In this document: one piece after another, positions 20,306 to 29,740 of the stretch
How the letters are laid out: each line of letters begins with the position of its first letter
Numbering within the stretch: position 1 is the stretch's first letter
DNA from: Nitrososphaeria archaeon
GTDB taxonomy: Archaea > Thermoproteota > Nitrososphaeria > Nitrososphaerales > JAAOZN01
Assembly (NCBI GenBank): GCA_029775855.1
Contig: JARVJZ010000005.1
Coordinates: 135,817-192,084 of the forward strand
Length of the DNA stretch: 56,268 nucleotides
Reading direction: 5' to 3'
Position numbers and translations under genes: made by a program
Notes under the pieces: model-generated
What the model was told of the DNA's origin: nothing
The model's input: the letters and a program-made list of their open reading frames with translations, nothing else
Database searches by the model: none

Positions 20306-21802
20306 GTGGTTTACATTAGTGTCATACTTGTAAACCCGCCTCAAAGAAACGACATAGGGCGAGCATTAGGCATAAAGGCTCCACCTATAGGACTTATGTA
20401 TCTAGCAGCGGTTTTGAGGGAAGCAGGCGAAGAAGTAGAAATCCTTGACGCTGACCTACTCGAGTTAAGTGTAGAAGATGCTGCGAAAGAAGTCTGCCTT
20501 CGGCAGCCAAGTATAGTTGGGGTTACCGCGACTACACCTACAATTAATAATGCGTTAAAAGTTGTAGGCTCTGTGAGAGCTAGGAATCCTGGGGTAATTA
20601 CTGTGATAGGCGGTGTGCATCCAACATTTATGCCTGAAGAGACGCTTCAGAGCTGCCCAGCCTTAGATCTTGTAGTCATAGGAGAAGGTGAGCAGACCCT
20701 CCTTGAACTTACTCGCGCCCTAAAAGGTTTCCAATGGGATGGAAGAAGATATTCGACTGCGAAAGAGTTTGCTGAACGCGTATCTACAGTGAAGGGGATA
20801 GCCTACCGCGACCCTTCCAACCCTAATCTAATCAGATACACCCCGCCAAGACCTTACATCGATAATCTTGACAAGATCCCCCTTCCAGCCAGAGATCTTG
20901 TTCCGTTTGAACACTATAAGCTTCTAGGTAAAGAGGCTTCTATAGGTGCGATAATCACTAGCAGAGGTTGCCCCTACGGCTGCACCTATTGCTCATCTTC
21001 AAGGATTGGTGGCTTAAAGTTTAGGGCAAGAAGTGTTGATAATGTCCTCCTTGAGATACAGGAACTATACCATAAGTATCACTTGAAGCACATCGAGATC
21101 ATAGATGATATATTCACACTCAATCAGAAGCGTGCTTTCGAATTCGCGCAAAAGCTCAAGAACCTAAATCTTGATGTTGAGTGGCACGCATCTTCGAGGG
21201 TAAATACCATCTCAAGAGACCTAGTAAGAGCTCTCTTCTCAGCCGGTCTAAGGACACTCTATTATGGTGTTGAATCAGGCTCGCAGCGTATTCTAGACCT
21301 TATGAGGAAGAAGATAAGGTTGGAGCAGGTTCGCGATGCCTTCCGAATAACTCGTGAAGAGGGCGTGATGCCTTTTGGCTCTTTTATACTAGGTTATCCT
21401 ACCGAGACTCTTGATGAGATGAAGCAGACCATCAAGTTTGCAGCTGAAATAAACGCAGAGTATGCGCAGTTCTGTGTTTTAACACCCTATCCAGGCACAC
21501 CAGTATACTATGAGTTGAAGAGCAAAGGGCTTCTTTTGACAGAGGATTGGGATAGATATACCACACTAGAGCCTGTGATTAGATACGAAGTTTTCGGATA
21601 TACCGCTAAGCAGGTTAAAAAGATGCTTAACTATGCTTACCAATATTTTTACCTTAGGCCGCGGTACATACTGAGACACCTTAGGCTACTACCTACAATA
21701 TTTGGAGTGGCTTTAAGAAACTATGTTCTCCCTATGCTCGGCTTAGATCGTATTAAAGTTTCTAAACATACCAAGATGATTATTCACTCATCATCTGAGT
21801 AG
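20306..21802 (+). CDS. cobalamin-dependent radical SAM protein
   Basis: PPIGLMYLAA, GGVHPT, GEGE, SRGCPYGCTYC, GVESGS, PYPGT. Confidence 0.9.
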   Translation: MVYISVILVNPPQRNDIGRALGIKAPPIGLMYLAAVLREAGEEVEILDADLLELSVEDAAKEVCLRQPSIVGVTATTPTINNALKVVGSVRARNPGVITVIGGVHPTFMPEETLQSCPALDLVVIGEGEQTLLELTRALKGFQWDGRRYSTAKEFAERVSTVKGIAYRDPSNPNLIRYTPPRPYIDNLDKIPLPARDLVPFEHYKLLGKEASIGAIITSRGCPYGCTYCSSSRIGGLKFRARSVDNVLLEIQELYHKYHLKHIEIIDDIFTLNQKRAFEFAQKLKNLNLDVEWHASSRVNTISRDLVRALFSAGLRTLYYGVESGSQRILDLMRKKIRLEQVRDAFRITREEGVMPFGSFILGYPTETLDEMKQTIKFAAEINAEYAQFCVLTPYPGTPVYYELKSKGLLLTEDWDRYTTLEPVIRYEVFGYTAKQVKKMLNYAYQYFYLRPRYILRHLRLLPTIFGVALRNYVLPMLGLDRIKVSKHTKMIIHSSSE

Positions 21803-21806
21803 GAAG

Positions 21807-23372
21807 GTGGTAGATGTGTCTAGGATAGTCCTCACCACCGACCGAACTCTAATTAGCGAATATCGACACATACCGTTAGGCGACTTCGCAGGCTGTGCGC
21901 CAGCAAACCGGCTACCACAAGCCCTCTTCGACTTCATAGCGCCAAAACTACCAGCAGTAAATGGTTTAACGCTCAGAGCACCCTATGGGCTTAGAAAGCT
22001 CGAAGCCGCGCTTCTAAAAGGTTTCCCAGAAGGTGACGTGGTCGTTGCACATCCAGATTATCTAGAGAACTTCATAGGACCAGAGACAAAGATCGTGGGC
22101 GTCAACACAATGGATCCATTAGGCTTAGGCCCTGTTAGCAAGCTATTCACATGGGGTGGGCCATACTTCTCCTACACAATGCTTGGTTTTTACACAATCA
22201 TCAAGAAGATTCAGAGCATCAGAGAGCGGCTTGGATCTAAATTCAAAGTGGTTGTAGGTGGTGGAGGTGCTTGGCAGTTTGAAAATAGGTTAGAGGATGT
22301 TAGACGATTCAAGATTGATCACGTGGTGCTAGGCGAAGTTGACCATATCGCGCCCACGCTATTTGAGCAGATTGAGAACGACAAACTACCTGAGTTGGTA
22401 AAGATAAGAACCTACCCTAAGCCTGAGGAAATAGTTCCTATTGTGAGACCTAGTCTGCACGGCTTGGTCGAGGTTATGCGTGGCTGTGGTCGAAACTGCC
22501 AATTCTGTGAAGCAAACCTTCGTATAGCAAGATATATCCCCTTAGAAACCATCAAAAAGGAACTTGATGTAAATACTGCTAGTGGTGTGAGCAACGCGTG
22601 GGTTCAGAGCGACGACATCTTTCTCTATGATGTTGAAGATAAACGCAATTTCACACCAAACAGAGAGAGCCTAGTTTACCTCTTTAAAACGATCATGACA
22701 CATAAAGGAATAAAGCATAGTAACCCAACACACGGAAGCTTGGCACCGGCGGCAGCAGACCCCCTGATGATGAAGCAGCTATCGGAAATACTAAGAAGTG
22801 GACCAAATAGATACATAGGCATACAACCAGGCTTAGAGACTGGTTCAATTAGGCTTCTCAAAAAATATATGGCTCAGAAAGCAAAACCGTTCTCAGTTGA
22901 AGAGTGGTGGGAAGTAGCGCTGCAGGCTACAAAGGTCTTTAACGAAAACTACTGGTTTCCAGCATACACGCTTGTACTAGGTTTACCTGGTGAAGAGGAA
23001 GAAGACATATGGGATACGGTTAGACTCATCGCATACCTAGAAGAAAAGCTACCTAAGATGATAGGTGAAAAAGCTCACTTTGTTGTCACACCGCTAAGCT
23101 TCGTCCCAGTCGGTGTGCTTAGGGGGAAAGGATTCTACAATCCAAAGAGCTTTACCGAAGCCGAGTTCAGCTTGCTCTACAGATGCTGGCGTCACAGCCT
23201 ATTAGAGGTTCAGAGGCTCTCCATAAACTTCTTCCGTGTGCATCCAGCGTTTAGAGTTATCTTCTACCCAATACTAAGACTTGGCCTCTATGTGGCGATA
23301 GACAAGCTAAAAGCTTGGGGCAAATCGATGGGCTACGACCCAGATAAACCCTTGCTCATCAAAGCAAATTAG
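21807..23372 (+). CDS. grs: GDGT ring synthase (Grs)-like radical SAM protein
   Basis: IVLTTDR N-terminus, APYGLRKLEAAL, MDPLGLGPVS, RGCGRNCQFC, GLETGS; pattern recalled from Sulfolobus GrsA/B. Confidence 0.75.
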   Translation: MVDVSRIVLTTDRTLISEYRHIPLGDFAGCAPANRLPQALFDFIAPKLPAVNGLTLRAPYGLRKLEAALLKGFPEGDVVVAHPDYLENFIGPETKIVGVNTMDPLGLGPVSKLFTWGGPYFSYTMLGFYTIIKKIQSIRERLGSKFKVVVGGGGAWQFENRLEDVRRFKIDHVVLGEVDHIAPTLFEQIENDKLPELVKIRTYPKPEEIVPIVRPSLHGLVEVMRGCGRNCQFCEANLRIARYIPLETIKKELDVNTASGVSNAWVQSDDIFLYDVEDKRNFTPNRESLVYLFKTIMTHKGIKHSNPTHGSLAPAAADPLMMKQLSEILRSGPNRYIGIQPGLETGSIRLLKKYMAQKAKPFSVEEWWEVALQATKVFNENYWFPAYTLVLGLPGEEEEDIWDTVRLIAYLEEKLPKMIGEKAHFVVTPLSFVPVGVLRGKGFYNPKSFTEAEFSLLYRCWRHSLLEVQRLSINFFRVHPAFRVIFYPILRLGLYVAIDKLKAWGKSMGYDPDKPLLIKAN

Positions 23373-23461
23373 AGTGTAGAGAGAAACGTTCTAAAACGGT
23401 TTCAAATAGTAATCTTATCATCTTCTTTATATCTTCAAATAATAGTTCTCTAATCCTTCTT

Positions 23462-23734
23462 TTGGGACATATGCCGTACATTAAACGTTTGAAGCGAGAT
23501 GAGATTGATCCACTCGTGAAACAAGTCTTGGGTGTGTTCCAGAAGTTTCCTGATGAAGAAAGAGATGGATGCCTAAATTACTTTTTTACAAAGGTGTTAA
23601 AAGATCTTTACGAGCCGAGCTACTTTAACTATGAGCGGGTAATGGGGCTGCTGAGCTGCATTCAACATGAATTCTATAGGCGGTGGGTTGCAGTATACGA
23701 GGATACAAAGAAAGAGATGCACGGCGACATATAA
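23462..23734 (+). CDS. small conserved protein (MPYI...LNY...EFYRR...YED.K...GD family, DUF6899-like)
   Basis: MPYIK, GCLNYFFT, SYFNY, EFYRRWVAVYEDTKKEMHGDI. Start likely ATG near 23471. Confidence 0.6.
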   Translation: MGHMPYIKRLKRDEIDPLVKQVLGVFQKFPDEERDGCLNYFFTKVLKDLYEPSYFNYERVMGLLSCIQHEFYRRWVAVYEDTKKEMHGDI

Positions 23735-24732
23735 AAGGGACTGTGAGGAATGCTGAGTGGCAAGGGTGGAATAGGATGACAGCGGCCAAAATTGGGAAAA
23801 TCGATGAAACTTCGTGCGGCAGCTTGAGATGGATAAATATTGAAAAGCCGGGTCAAAAAGAGTTGGAATTCTTGGCTAGTAACTACTCATTCCACCCTCT
23901 AGCCTTAGAAGACTGCATCTCAAAAATTCAGCTTCCAAAGATCGATAAATACCGCGACTACATCTTTATCATACTCCACTTCCCTTGCCTCAAAGATGGA
24001 GGGAAACTGGTAGCCCCAAGCCAACTCTCCATCTTCTTAGGAAAGAACTATATCATTACCATCCACCAAGGAGACATTCAACCCCTAACAGACCTATTTA
24101 GAAGATGTAAAGAGGATGAGCAGACGCGAGGAGCCATCATATGCAATTCAGTTGGATATACGTTTTACCGTCTACTCGACACGTTAGTAGATGCGTTCTT
24201 TCCAATTTTAGATTATGTTTTGCGTGAGTTAGACGAGATCGAGGACATAGTCTTTGACGAAAAGGTTGAAGCTGTGCGTGAAGTCACACTACTGAGGCGT
24301 AAAATAGCAGATCTAAGGCGAATCACCTTCCCCCTAAAGCGTATAGTGAGAGAACTAGCAAGGGATGTGAATAGCTTCTCAACTTTTGACCTCACACCCT
24401 ACTTTGAAGACATCCAAGATCACATAGATAAGGTTTGGGAGACGTTGGAAGAGTGTAAAGAGACGATAGAGATATACAAAGACACAGACTTTATGCTTAA
24501 TACAGAAAAAACGAATAAGATTCTCGCTATCCTAACGATAGTCTTCACCCTATCTATTCCGGCAACAGTTGTAGGCACAATTTACGGTATGAACATAAAT
24601 CTTCCAGGAGGCGTAGAAACTGGACCTTGGGATTTCTTGGGGACTTATACAACTCTAATCATCCTCCTAATCCTATCTATTATTCCGGCTCTTTTGATGT
24701 TATGGTACTTTCACCGCGTAGGATGGATTTAA
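23683..24732 (+). CDS. corA: CorA family Mg2+/Co2+ transporter
   Basis: FHPLALED, PKID.Y, two C-terminal TM helices with YGMN. True start probably ATG near 23776. Confidence 0.92.
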   Translation: MGCSIRGYKERDARRHIKGTVRNAEWQGWNRMTAAKIGKIDETSCGSLRWINIEKPGQKELEFLASNYSFHPLALEDCISKIQLPKIDKYRDYIFIILHFPCLKDGGKLVAPSQLSIFLGKNYIITIHQGDIQPLTDLFRRCKEDEQTRGAIICNSVGYTFYRLLDTLVDAFFPILDYVLRELDEIEDIVFDEKVEAVREVTLLRRKIADLRRITFPLKRIVRELARDVNSFSTFDLTPYFEDIQDHIDKVWETLEECKETIEIYKDTDFMLNTEKTNKILAILTIVFTLSIPATVVGTIYGMNINLPGGVETGPWDFLGTYTTLIILLILSIIPALLMLWYFHRVGWI

Positions 24733-24761
24733 ACTCGGAGAACAAGGATTTATCTAAGTTG

Positions 24762-25175
24762 TTAGGTAAGTGTTTTCAGAACTTTAGGAAAAACTTTCTC
24801 TTCTTCATCCTTAAAGTGCCTCTCTAAAATGACCTTCAGCTCAGCGAATTTTTGCTTTAGAGCAGTAAGTTCCTGGGGCTTATTACATTCTTGTAGTATG
24901 TTATATATGATTCTGTGTTGCTGTAGTATTCTTATCTCCTCCTCACACTTTTCACTACCATATACGTTAATAAGACGCTTAAGTATGCTGGCTTCCTCAT
25001 CTACGATGTGCTGGAGCAAATATCTGTCAAGGCGAATCAATCCCTCCGCTACCTTCTGTGCTTCATCCCTAAGCAGTAACTCTTCAAGTTCTAAAAGGAG
25101 GCTACGAGCACCTTTATGTTCACTGAGTAGAGTCTCAACCATCTCTCTAAGCCCCAATGGTCTAGCCAAGTCCAA
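24762..25175 (-). CDS. hemerythrin/HHE cation-binding domain protein
   Basis: H, HxxxEE (HIVDEE), H, HxxxEE (HFKDEE..VFP) pattern. Confidence 0.8.
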   Translation of the reverse strand: MDLARPLGLREMVETLLSEHKGARSLLLELEELLLRDEAQKVAEGLIRLDRYLLQHIVDEEASILKRLINVYGSEKCEEEIRILQQHRIIYNILQECNKPQELTALKQKFAELKVILERHFKDEEEKVFPKVLKTLT

Positions 25176-25357
25176 TTAAACTAATTACCATTTAGATGGA
25201 TAAATAGTTAAGCAACTTCAACCAAACTTTCTATACCCTTCTCTTTCTTTCTATGAAGGCTACTTAGGTTAGATGTTTAGGAGACGTTCCCGACTCTGCT
25301 GGTTTACGAAAACGTTAAAAGATATCAGAGAGCCTCGAGCGGGATTTACAATTGTGA

Positions 25358-26569
25358 TTGGTGCATAGAAAACCTATAACTATAGGAGAAGACGCTTTAA
25401 AAGTGGAGAGTAAGATGATCTACTTAGATAATGCTGAGACAACCGCTGTTGACCCCGAGGTCGCTGAGATTGTTTTACACTATATGGTTGAGAAGTTTGG
25501 CTTACCTGGTGGAGAGTTTGGGCATAGCTTACAAGAGGAGGCAACCGAGGCTGTTGAGAAGGCTAGAGAGGTTATAGCTTGGAAGGTAGGTGCTGAACCA
25601 AGTGAGATAATATTCACTTCAGGAGCTACAGAAAGCAATAACCTTGCCTTAAAAGGTGTGGTTCAACACCCATTATACAAGAGAAAGAAGGTTTTAACAT
25701 CAGCAATAGAGCATAAGTCTGTTCTCGATACTGCGCTCAACCTAAGAAGACTTGGCTACCAAGTTGAGGTCTTACCCGTTGACTCTGAGGGGTTTGTGAA
25801 GGTCTCTAATCTTTTGAGCAGCCTAAGCGGCGCTGGTCTAGTTTCTATACAACACGCTAACCAGGAAATAGGAACTCTGCAAGACATTAAGGTGATAGGT
25901 GAGTTGTGTAGAGAAAGAGGTGTGCTCTTCCACACAGATGCAGCGCAATCCTTCACTAAAGAGGAGATAAATGTAAAAGCCTTAAACATAGACCTAATGT
26001 CCATAACCTCACACCTCATACATGGTCCGAAGGGTGTAGGTGCGCTCTATGTCAGAGAAGGAATTGAATTGCAGCCGCTAATAGAAGGTGATGGCAGAGA
26101 AAGAGGGCTTAGGGCAGGTAGTCAAAATGTGCCAGCCATAGTAGGGTTCGCAGAAGCAGTTAAGCGAGCTAAACAAGAAGACGCTGAAAGAATGCGTAAA
26201 CTAAGAGACAGGCTTATCAATAACCTACTACAAATAGAAGATTCGAAACTCAACGGCGCTACAGGAGAAAGAAGGGTATGCCACAACGTAAATGTGACCT
26301 TCAAATACGTCGAAGGTGAAGCCCTACTACTGCAAGCAGAGATGCACGGCTTGGTATGCAACACGGGTTCAGCGTGCTACAGCCAGAGGCTTGAACCGAG
26401 CCACGTAATAACAGCTATAGGAGGCACGCACGAAGATGCGCACGGATCTATGAGGCTCAGCCTCTCTAAGATGACGACACAGCAAGAGGTTGATTTAGCA
26501 GCAGAGATATTGGCTAAGGTGGTCAATAGGCTCCGTTCGTTTAGCCCCTTGGCGAAGAGAAGGAGTTAA
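25358..26569 (+). CDS. iscS: IscS/NifS-like cysteine desulfurase homologue lacking the PLP lysine
   Basis: YLDNAETT, FTSGATESNN, HTDAAQ, TGSAC; SHLIHGPKG in place of SHK.YGPKG. Start likely ATG 25415. Confidence 0.88.
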   Translation: MVHRKPITIGEDALKVESKMIYLDNAETTAVDPEVAEIVLHYMVEKFGLPGGEFGHSLQEEATEAVEKAREVIAWKVGAEPSEIIFTSGATESNNLALKGVVQHPLYKRKKVLTSAIEHKSVLDTALNLRRLGYQVEVLPVDSEGFVKVSNLLSSLSGAGLVSIQHANQEIGTLQDIKVIGELCRERGVLFHTDAAQSFTKEEINVKALNIDLMSITSHLIHGPKGVGALYVREGIELQPLIEGDGRERGLRAGSQNVPAIVGFAEAVKRAKQEDAERMRKLRDRLINNLLQIEDSKLNGATGERRVCHNVNVTFKYVEGEALLLQAEMHGLVCNTGSACYSQRLEPSHVITAIGGTHEDAHGSMRLSLSKMTTQQEVDLAAEILAKVVNRLRSFSPLAKRRS

Positions 26570-26620
26570 AGGGTAAGTCTTATGAAGGTAAAGAGCATTA
26601 CTTTATGTGAGGGTTAGGGT

Positions 26621-27292
26621 TTGGCTCAACGGGATGCTTCTGTGCAGAGGAAGATAGGCTACAGTGAGAAGGTTATTGAGCACTTCACTAATCCGAGGAA
26701 TGTGGGTAGGCTTGATGACGCAGATGTGACAGCTAAGGTTGGGAGCGTAGCTTGCGGAGACCTTATCAAACTCTATTTGAAGATAGATGAGAGGACTGAG
26801 CGTATAGAGAAGATAACCTTCGAATCTTATGGCTGTGCAGCAAACATCGCAACATCTTCGATGCTCACAGAGTTAGCTAAAGGAAAGACCTTAGAGGAGG
26901 CAAGAAAGATAACCTTTAAGGATATAGCTGAGGAGTTAGGAGGTCTCCCAAAGATCAAGATGCACTGCGCAGTCCTCTCGAAGACTGGGCTTGATGCAGC
27001 GATTTCAAAATATTACGCTATGAAAGGTAAGACGAAGATAGATGACACACTTGTGAAACTTCTGCTAAAAGGGGTCTTAGATCCGATTACTGGTGTCGAT
27101 ATAATATCTGGTAAAACTGCTGAGAGCATATCAGTCCAAGATCACGAAGTGACGATAGGCTTAAGGGTAGAGGAAGGTAGTAAATTAGCTGCAGAATTAG
27201 AGGGAGATATCAGAGAAGCATTCGAAGGCTTGCCTGTTTCTATAAAGATACTGTATAAAGGAGAGAAGGGTGGGCAGCCTTCAGCCGCCTAA
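26621..27292 (+). CDS. iscU: IscU/NifU-like Fe-S scaffold with C-terminal DUF59-like domain
   Basis: HFTNPRNVG, ACGD, GCAANIA, KMHCA; about 85-aa extension LKGVLDPITGVDII... Confidence 0.88.
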   Translation: MAQRDASVQRKIGYSEKVIEHFTNPRNVGRLDDADVTAKVGSVACGDLIKLYLKIDERTERIEKITFESYGCAANIATSSMLTELAKGKTLEEARKITFKDIAEELGGLPKIKMHCAVLSKTGLDAAISKYYAMKGKTKIDDTLVKLLLKGVLDPITGVDIISGKTAESISVQDHEVTIGLRVEEGSKLAAELEGDIREAFEGLPVSIKILYKGEKGGQPSAA

Positions 27293-28075
27293 ATCCCTCG
27301 ATATTTCATAAGCCCTCTTGGAAGCGGCTTCAACAGCCTTAATAAAAGCAGCCCTAACGCCCGCCTCCTCGAGCTTTAGCAGCCCTTCGATAGTTGTGCC
27401 CGCTGGTGTTGTGACTCTTCTCCTTAACTCTGAGGGGTCTTGGTTGCTTTCGATAACAATCTTAGAAGCCCCAAATGCTACCCACGAAGCGAGCTGAATA
27501 GCTTTGTCGTAAGGTATACCCATCTTCAAACCGCCTTCAGCCAAAGCCTCTATAACCAAGAAGATGTATGCTGGTCCACTACCGCTTAACCCAGTCACGG
27601 CATCAATAAGCGATTCATCGATTAAGATTGTTCGACCTATGCTGCTAAAGAGACTTTGGGCTACCTCAAGATCTTCTTTGCCGACATTTCTACTTGGTGT
27701 TAGGGCTGTGATAGCCGCTTTAACTACTGCTGCGATGTTTGGCATGGCTCGAATAAACCTTCCTTCAGGTATTACACTCTCAAGGTGCCTTATCTTTACA
27801 CCAGCAGCTATGGAGATTATGAGTTTACCGCCTACTAGCTCCTTTACTTCCTCTAAAACGCCTTTCACATCCTTGGGCTTAACCGCGATTACCACAACCT
27901 CTGCTTCTCTAACCGCTTCTCTACTGCTAGCATAGGTTTTGAAGCCTTGCTCTTGGAGCTGAGCTCTTCTTTCACCTTTGACCTCAGCAACACAGACCTC
28001 GATATTATCTATTGTGGAGAAGCTTCTCGCTAATGCTTCCCCCATCGTGCCTCCGCCGATTATGGCAACCTTCAT
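27281..28075 (-). CDS. proC: pyrroline-5-carboxylate reductase
   Basis: GGGTMG, AVKP, RAMPN, GLSGSGPAY, VTTPAGTT. Confidence 0.95.
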   Translation of the reverse strand: MKVAIIGGGTMGEALARSFSTIDNIEVCVAEVKGERRAQLQEQGFKTYASSREAVREAEVVVIAVKPKDVKGVLEEVKELVGGKLIISIAAGVKIRHLESVIPEGRFIRAMPNIAAVVKAAITALTPSRNVGKEDLEVAQSLFSSIGRTILIDESLIDAVTGLSGSGPAYIFLVIEALAEGGLKMGIPYDKAIQLASWVAFGASKIVIESNQDPSELRRRVTTPAGTTIEGLLKLEEAGVRAAFIKAVEAASKRAYEISRDLGG

Positions 28076-28432
28076 CTAAACACCTTCGATGCTCCTCTTT
28101 AGAGATATGACACCATCCTTCAGCTGCAACTCATAGATCTCATTCACTTCAAACCTTATACCAAGCATTTCATACTCCGTTTCAGAGAGGAAGAGTGTAA
28201 GCTTAGGGAGAACAAGCTGAGGCATAGCTGGGAAGAAACCCATAGACTGAAACTGACTGATAATATTCTTAATAAGCCTAGATTCGTCCTCCCTTGCACC
28301 ATAAACTCCAAATTGAGCCCTGGGTCTGACCTCAACAAGCTCGATCTGTTTCCCAGGCTGCCCAGTGTCTGGATCTGTTATCGACATAATCTTGTTCACT
28401 CTAACTTTAGGATATACGGACATACCAATCAC
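28076..28432 (-). CDS. arcadin-1-like protein
   Basis: DP.T..PGKQIELVE...QFQSMG...PKLTLFLSE.EYEMLG..FEVN..YEL pattern recalled from arcadin-1 homologues. Confidence 0.6.
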   Translation of the reverse strand: MIGMSVYPKVRVNKIMSITDPDTGQPGKQIELVEVRPRAQFGVYGAREDESRLIKNIISQFQSMGFFPAMPQLVLPKLTLFLSETEYEMLGIRFEVNEIYELQLKDGVISLKRSIEGV

Positions 28433-28449
28433 ACCAGCATACTATTCTG

Positions 28450-29640
28450 CTATAAGATTAACTTATTGGAGTTCATACGAAGGTTCTCCCTATTGACAGC
28501 GTATGCGAAGAGCATAACAACCAAAGCGAACCAGGGTTCAAAGAATCTAGGCACCAGCAGAAGACCTATATTCATAGCTAAGAAGGTTAAGAGGTCTCCC
28601 TTCTTCTTACACATTAAAGCGAAGTAGGGTAGCGCCGAGTTAAAGAAGTATTTGTATGTGCCTCTTGGGAAGAGTAGTATAAAGAGGAGCTGAGAGTATA
28701 GAAGGTAGCGTATGAGGGCGTCGGCATCCCAGCCTCTGATTCTTAGGAAAAGAAGCGTCAAAACGATGAAAACAGCCGAGATTATGTAGATTAGATGCTG
28801 CTTCAAGAAGATAGCCAGCCAAGGTGCACCGAAAACACCAAATATTGTGCCTAAGTTAGTGGGTTTAATGATATTATACTCCCAAACAGTCAGATCCTCA
28901 GGTACATAAGGTTGAGGCGTAGGTAAGCCCGGGAAACCTAGAGCCCAAAGATAAAGCGATGGAAATAGTGCAAGGTAAGGCATAGAACCTACCACAACTA
29001 TCGCCGCAAAGATCGCTATAAACCACAAAAGGGCTCTTTTCGATTTGAACCAATATGCAGCAATAATAAAGATAGGTAGAGATGCTAATGCGGTCTGTTT
29101 ATAGAGAGAGGCTAAAGCGAGAGAGGCTGCTGAAATCTTTACCCTCTTTGACACAAGCAGATAAGTTGAGAGGAGTAGGAAGAAGGTTGAAGGCGGAGGA
29201 TTTAACCAGAGCATAGAATTATACCAAAGAGATGCTGGCGATAGTGCTGTAGCTAAGCCTATTGCAATAGCCCACTTCCCACCAACCATCTTACGCGCAA
29301 TAAGGTAAACCATAAGCGGAATAAGAGCATCAAACAACAGTAGAGGCACAGCAGCACTCCAATAAGATGGATTAATCTTAACAAAGGCTGACAAGGTGTA
29401 TATCCACAGCGGCGGATAGGCGTTGTGAAAATCTTTGTAGAGCATCTCACCATCTAGAAACCGTTTAACATCGTTAAGGTAGAGGTGCTTATAATCTTGA
29501 TAAGGCTCAAGATACTCTGGCATAGGTGGAAAATTCCCCTCAATAACTGTAGCAAACCAAGCGACTAGGCACCTAACTATGAGAGAAACCAGAAGGACAA
29601 CAAGAAAACCCTTTGAATGCTTAACGGCATCTATGCTCAA
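28450..29640 (-). CDS. GT-C membrane glycosyltransferase (GT87/DUF2029-like)
   Basis: LYKDFHNAYPPL luminal motif, LYKQ, many TM helices. Confidence 0.75.
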   Translation of the reverse strand: MSIDAVKHSKGFLVVLLVSLIVRCLVAWFATVIEGNFPPMPEYLEPYQDYKHLYLNDVKRFLDGEMLYKDFHNAYPPLWIYTLSAFVKINPSYWSAAVPLLLFDALIPLMVYLIARKMVGGKWAIAIGLATALSPASLWYNSMLWLNPPPSTFFLLLSTYLLVSKRVKISAASLALASLYKQTALASLPIFIIAAYWFKSKRALLWFIAIFAAIVVVGSMPYLALFPSLYLWALGFPGLPTPQPYVPEDLTVWEYNIIKPTNLGTIFGVFGAPWLAIFLKQHLIYIISAVFIVLTLLFLRIRGWDADALIRYLLYSQLLFILLFPRGTYKYFFNSALPYFALMCKKKGDLLTFLAMNIGLLLVPRFFEPWFALVVMLFAYAVNRENLRMNSNKLIL

Positions 29641-29740
29641 CTATCCCAACGCACCTAACAAGCGAGAAAAACAGTTAGAAGATGTTGATAAACTTAAATA
29701 ACAAGTTTGAGCATACACTTTTTGCAGGGTGTAAGTATAG

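Noticed and set aside
23683-23775. N-terminal extension of CorA overlapping the upstream small gene
   Set aside because: An artefact of longest-ORF calling; ATG near 23776 fits the family start.
20040-25350. Integrated island at the tRNA-iMet 3' end
   Set aside because: AT-rich flank and accessory genes follow, but I found no duplicated tRNA 3' end (att site) and no integrase.
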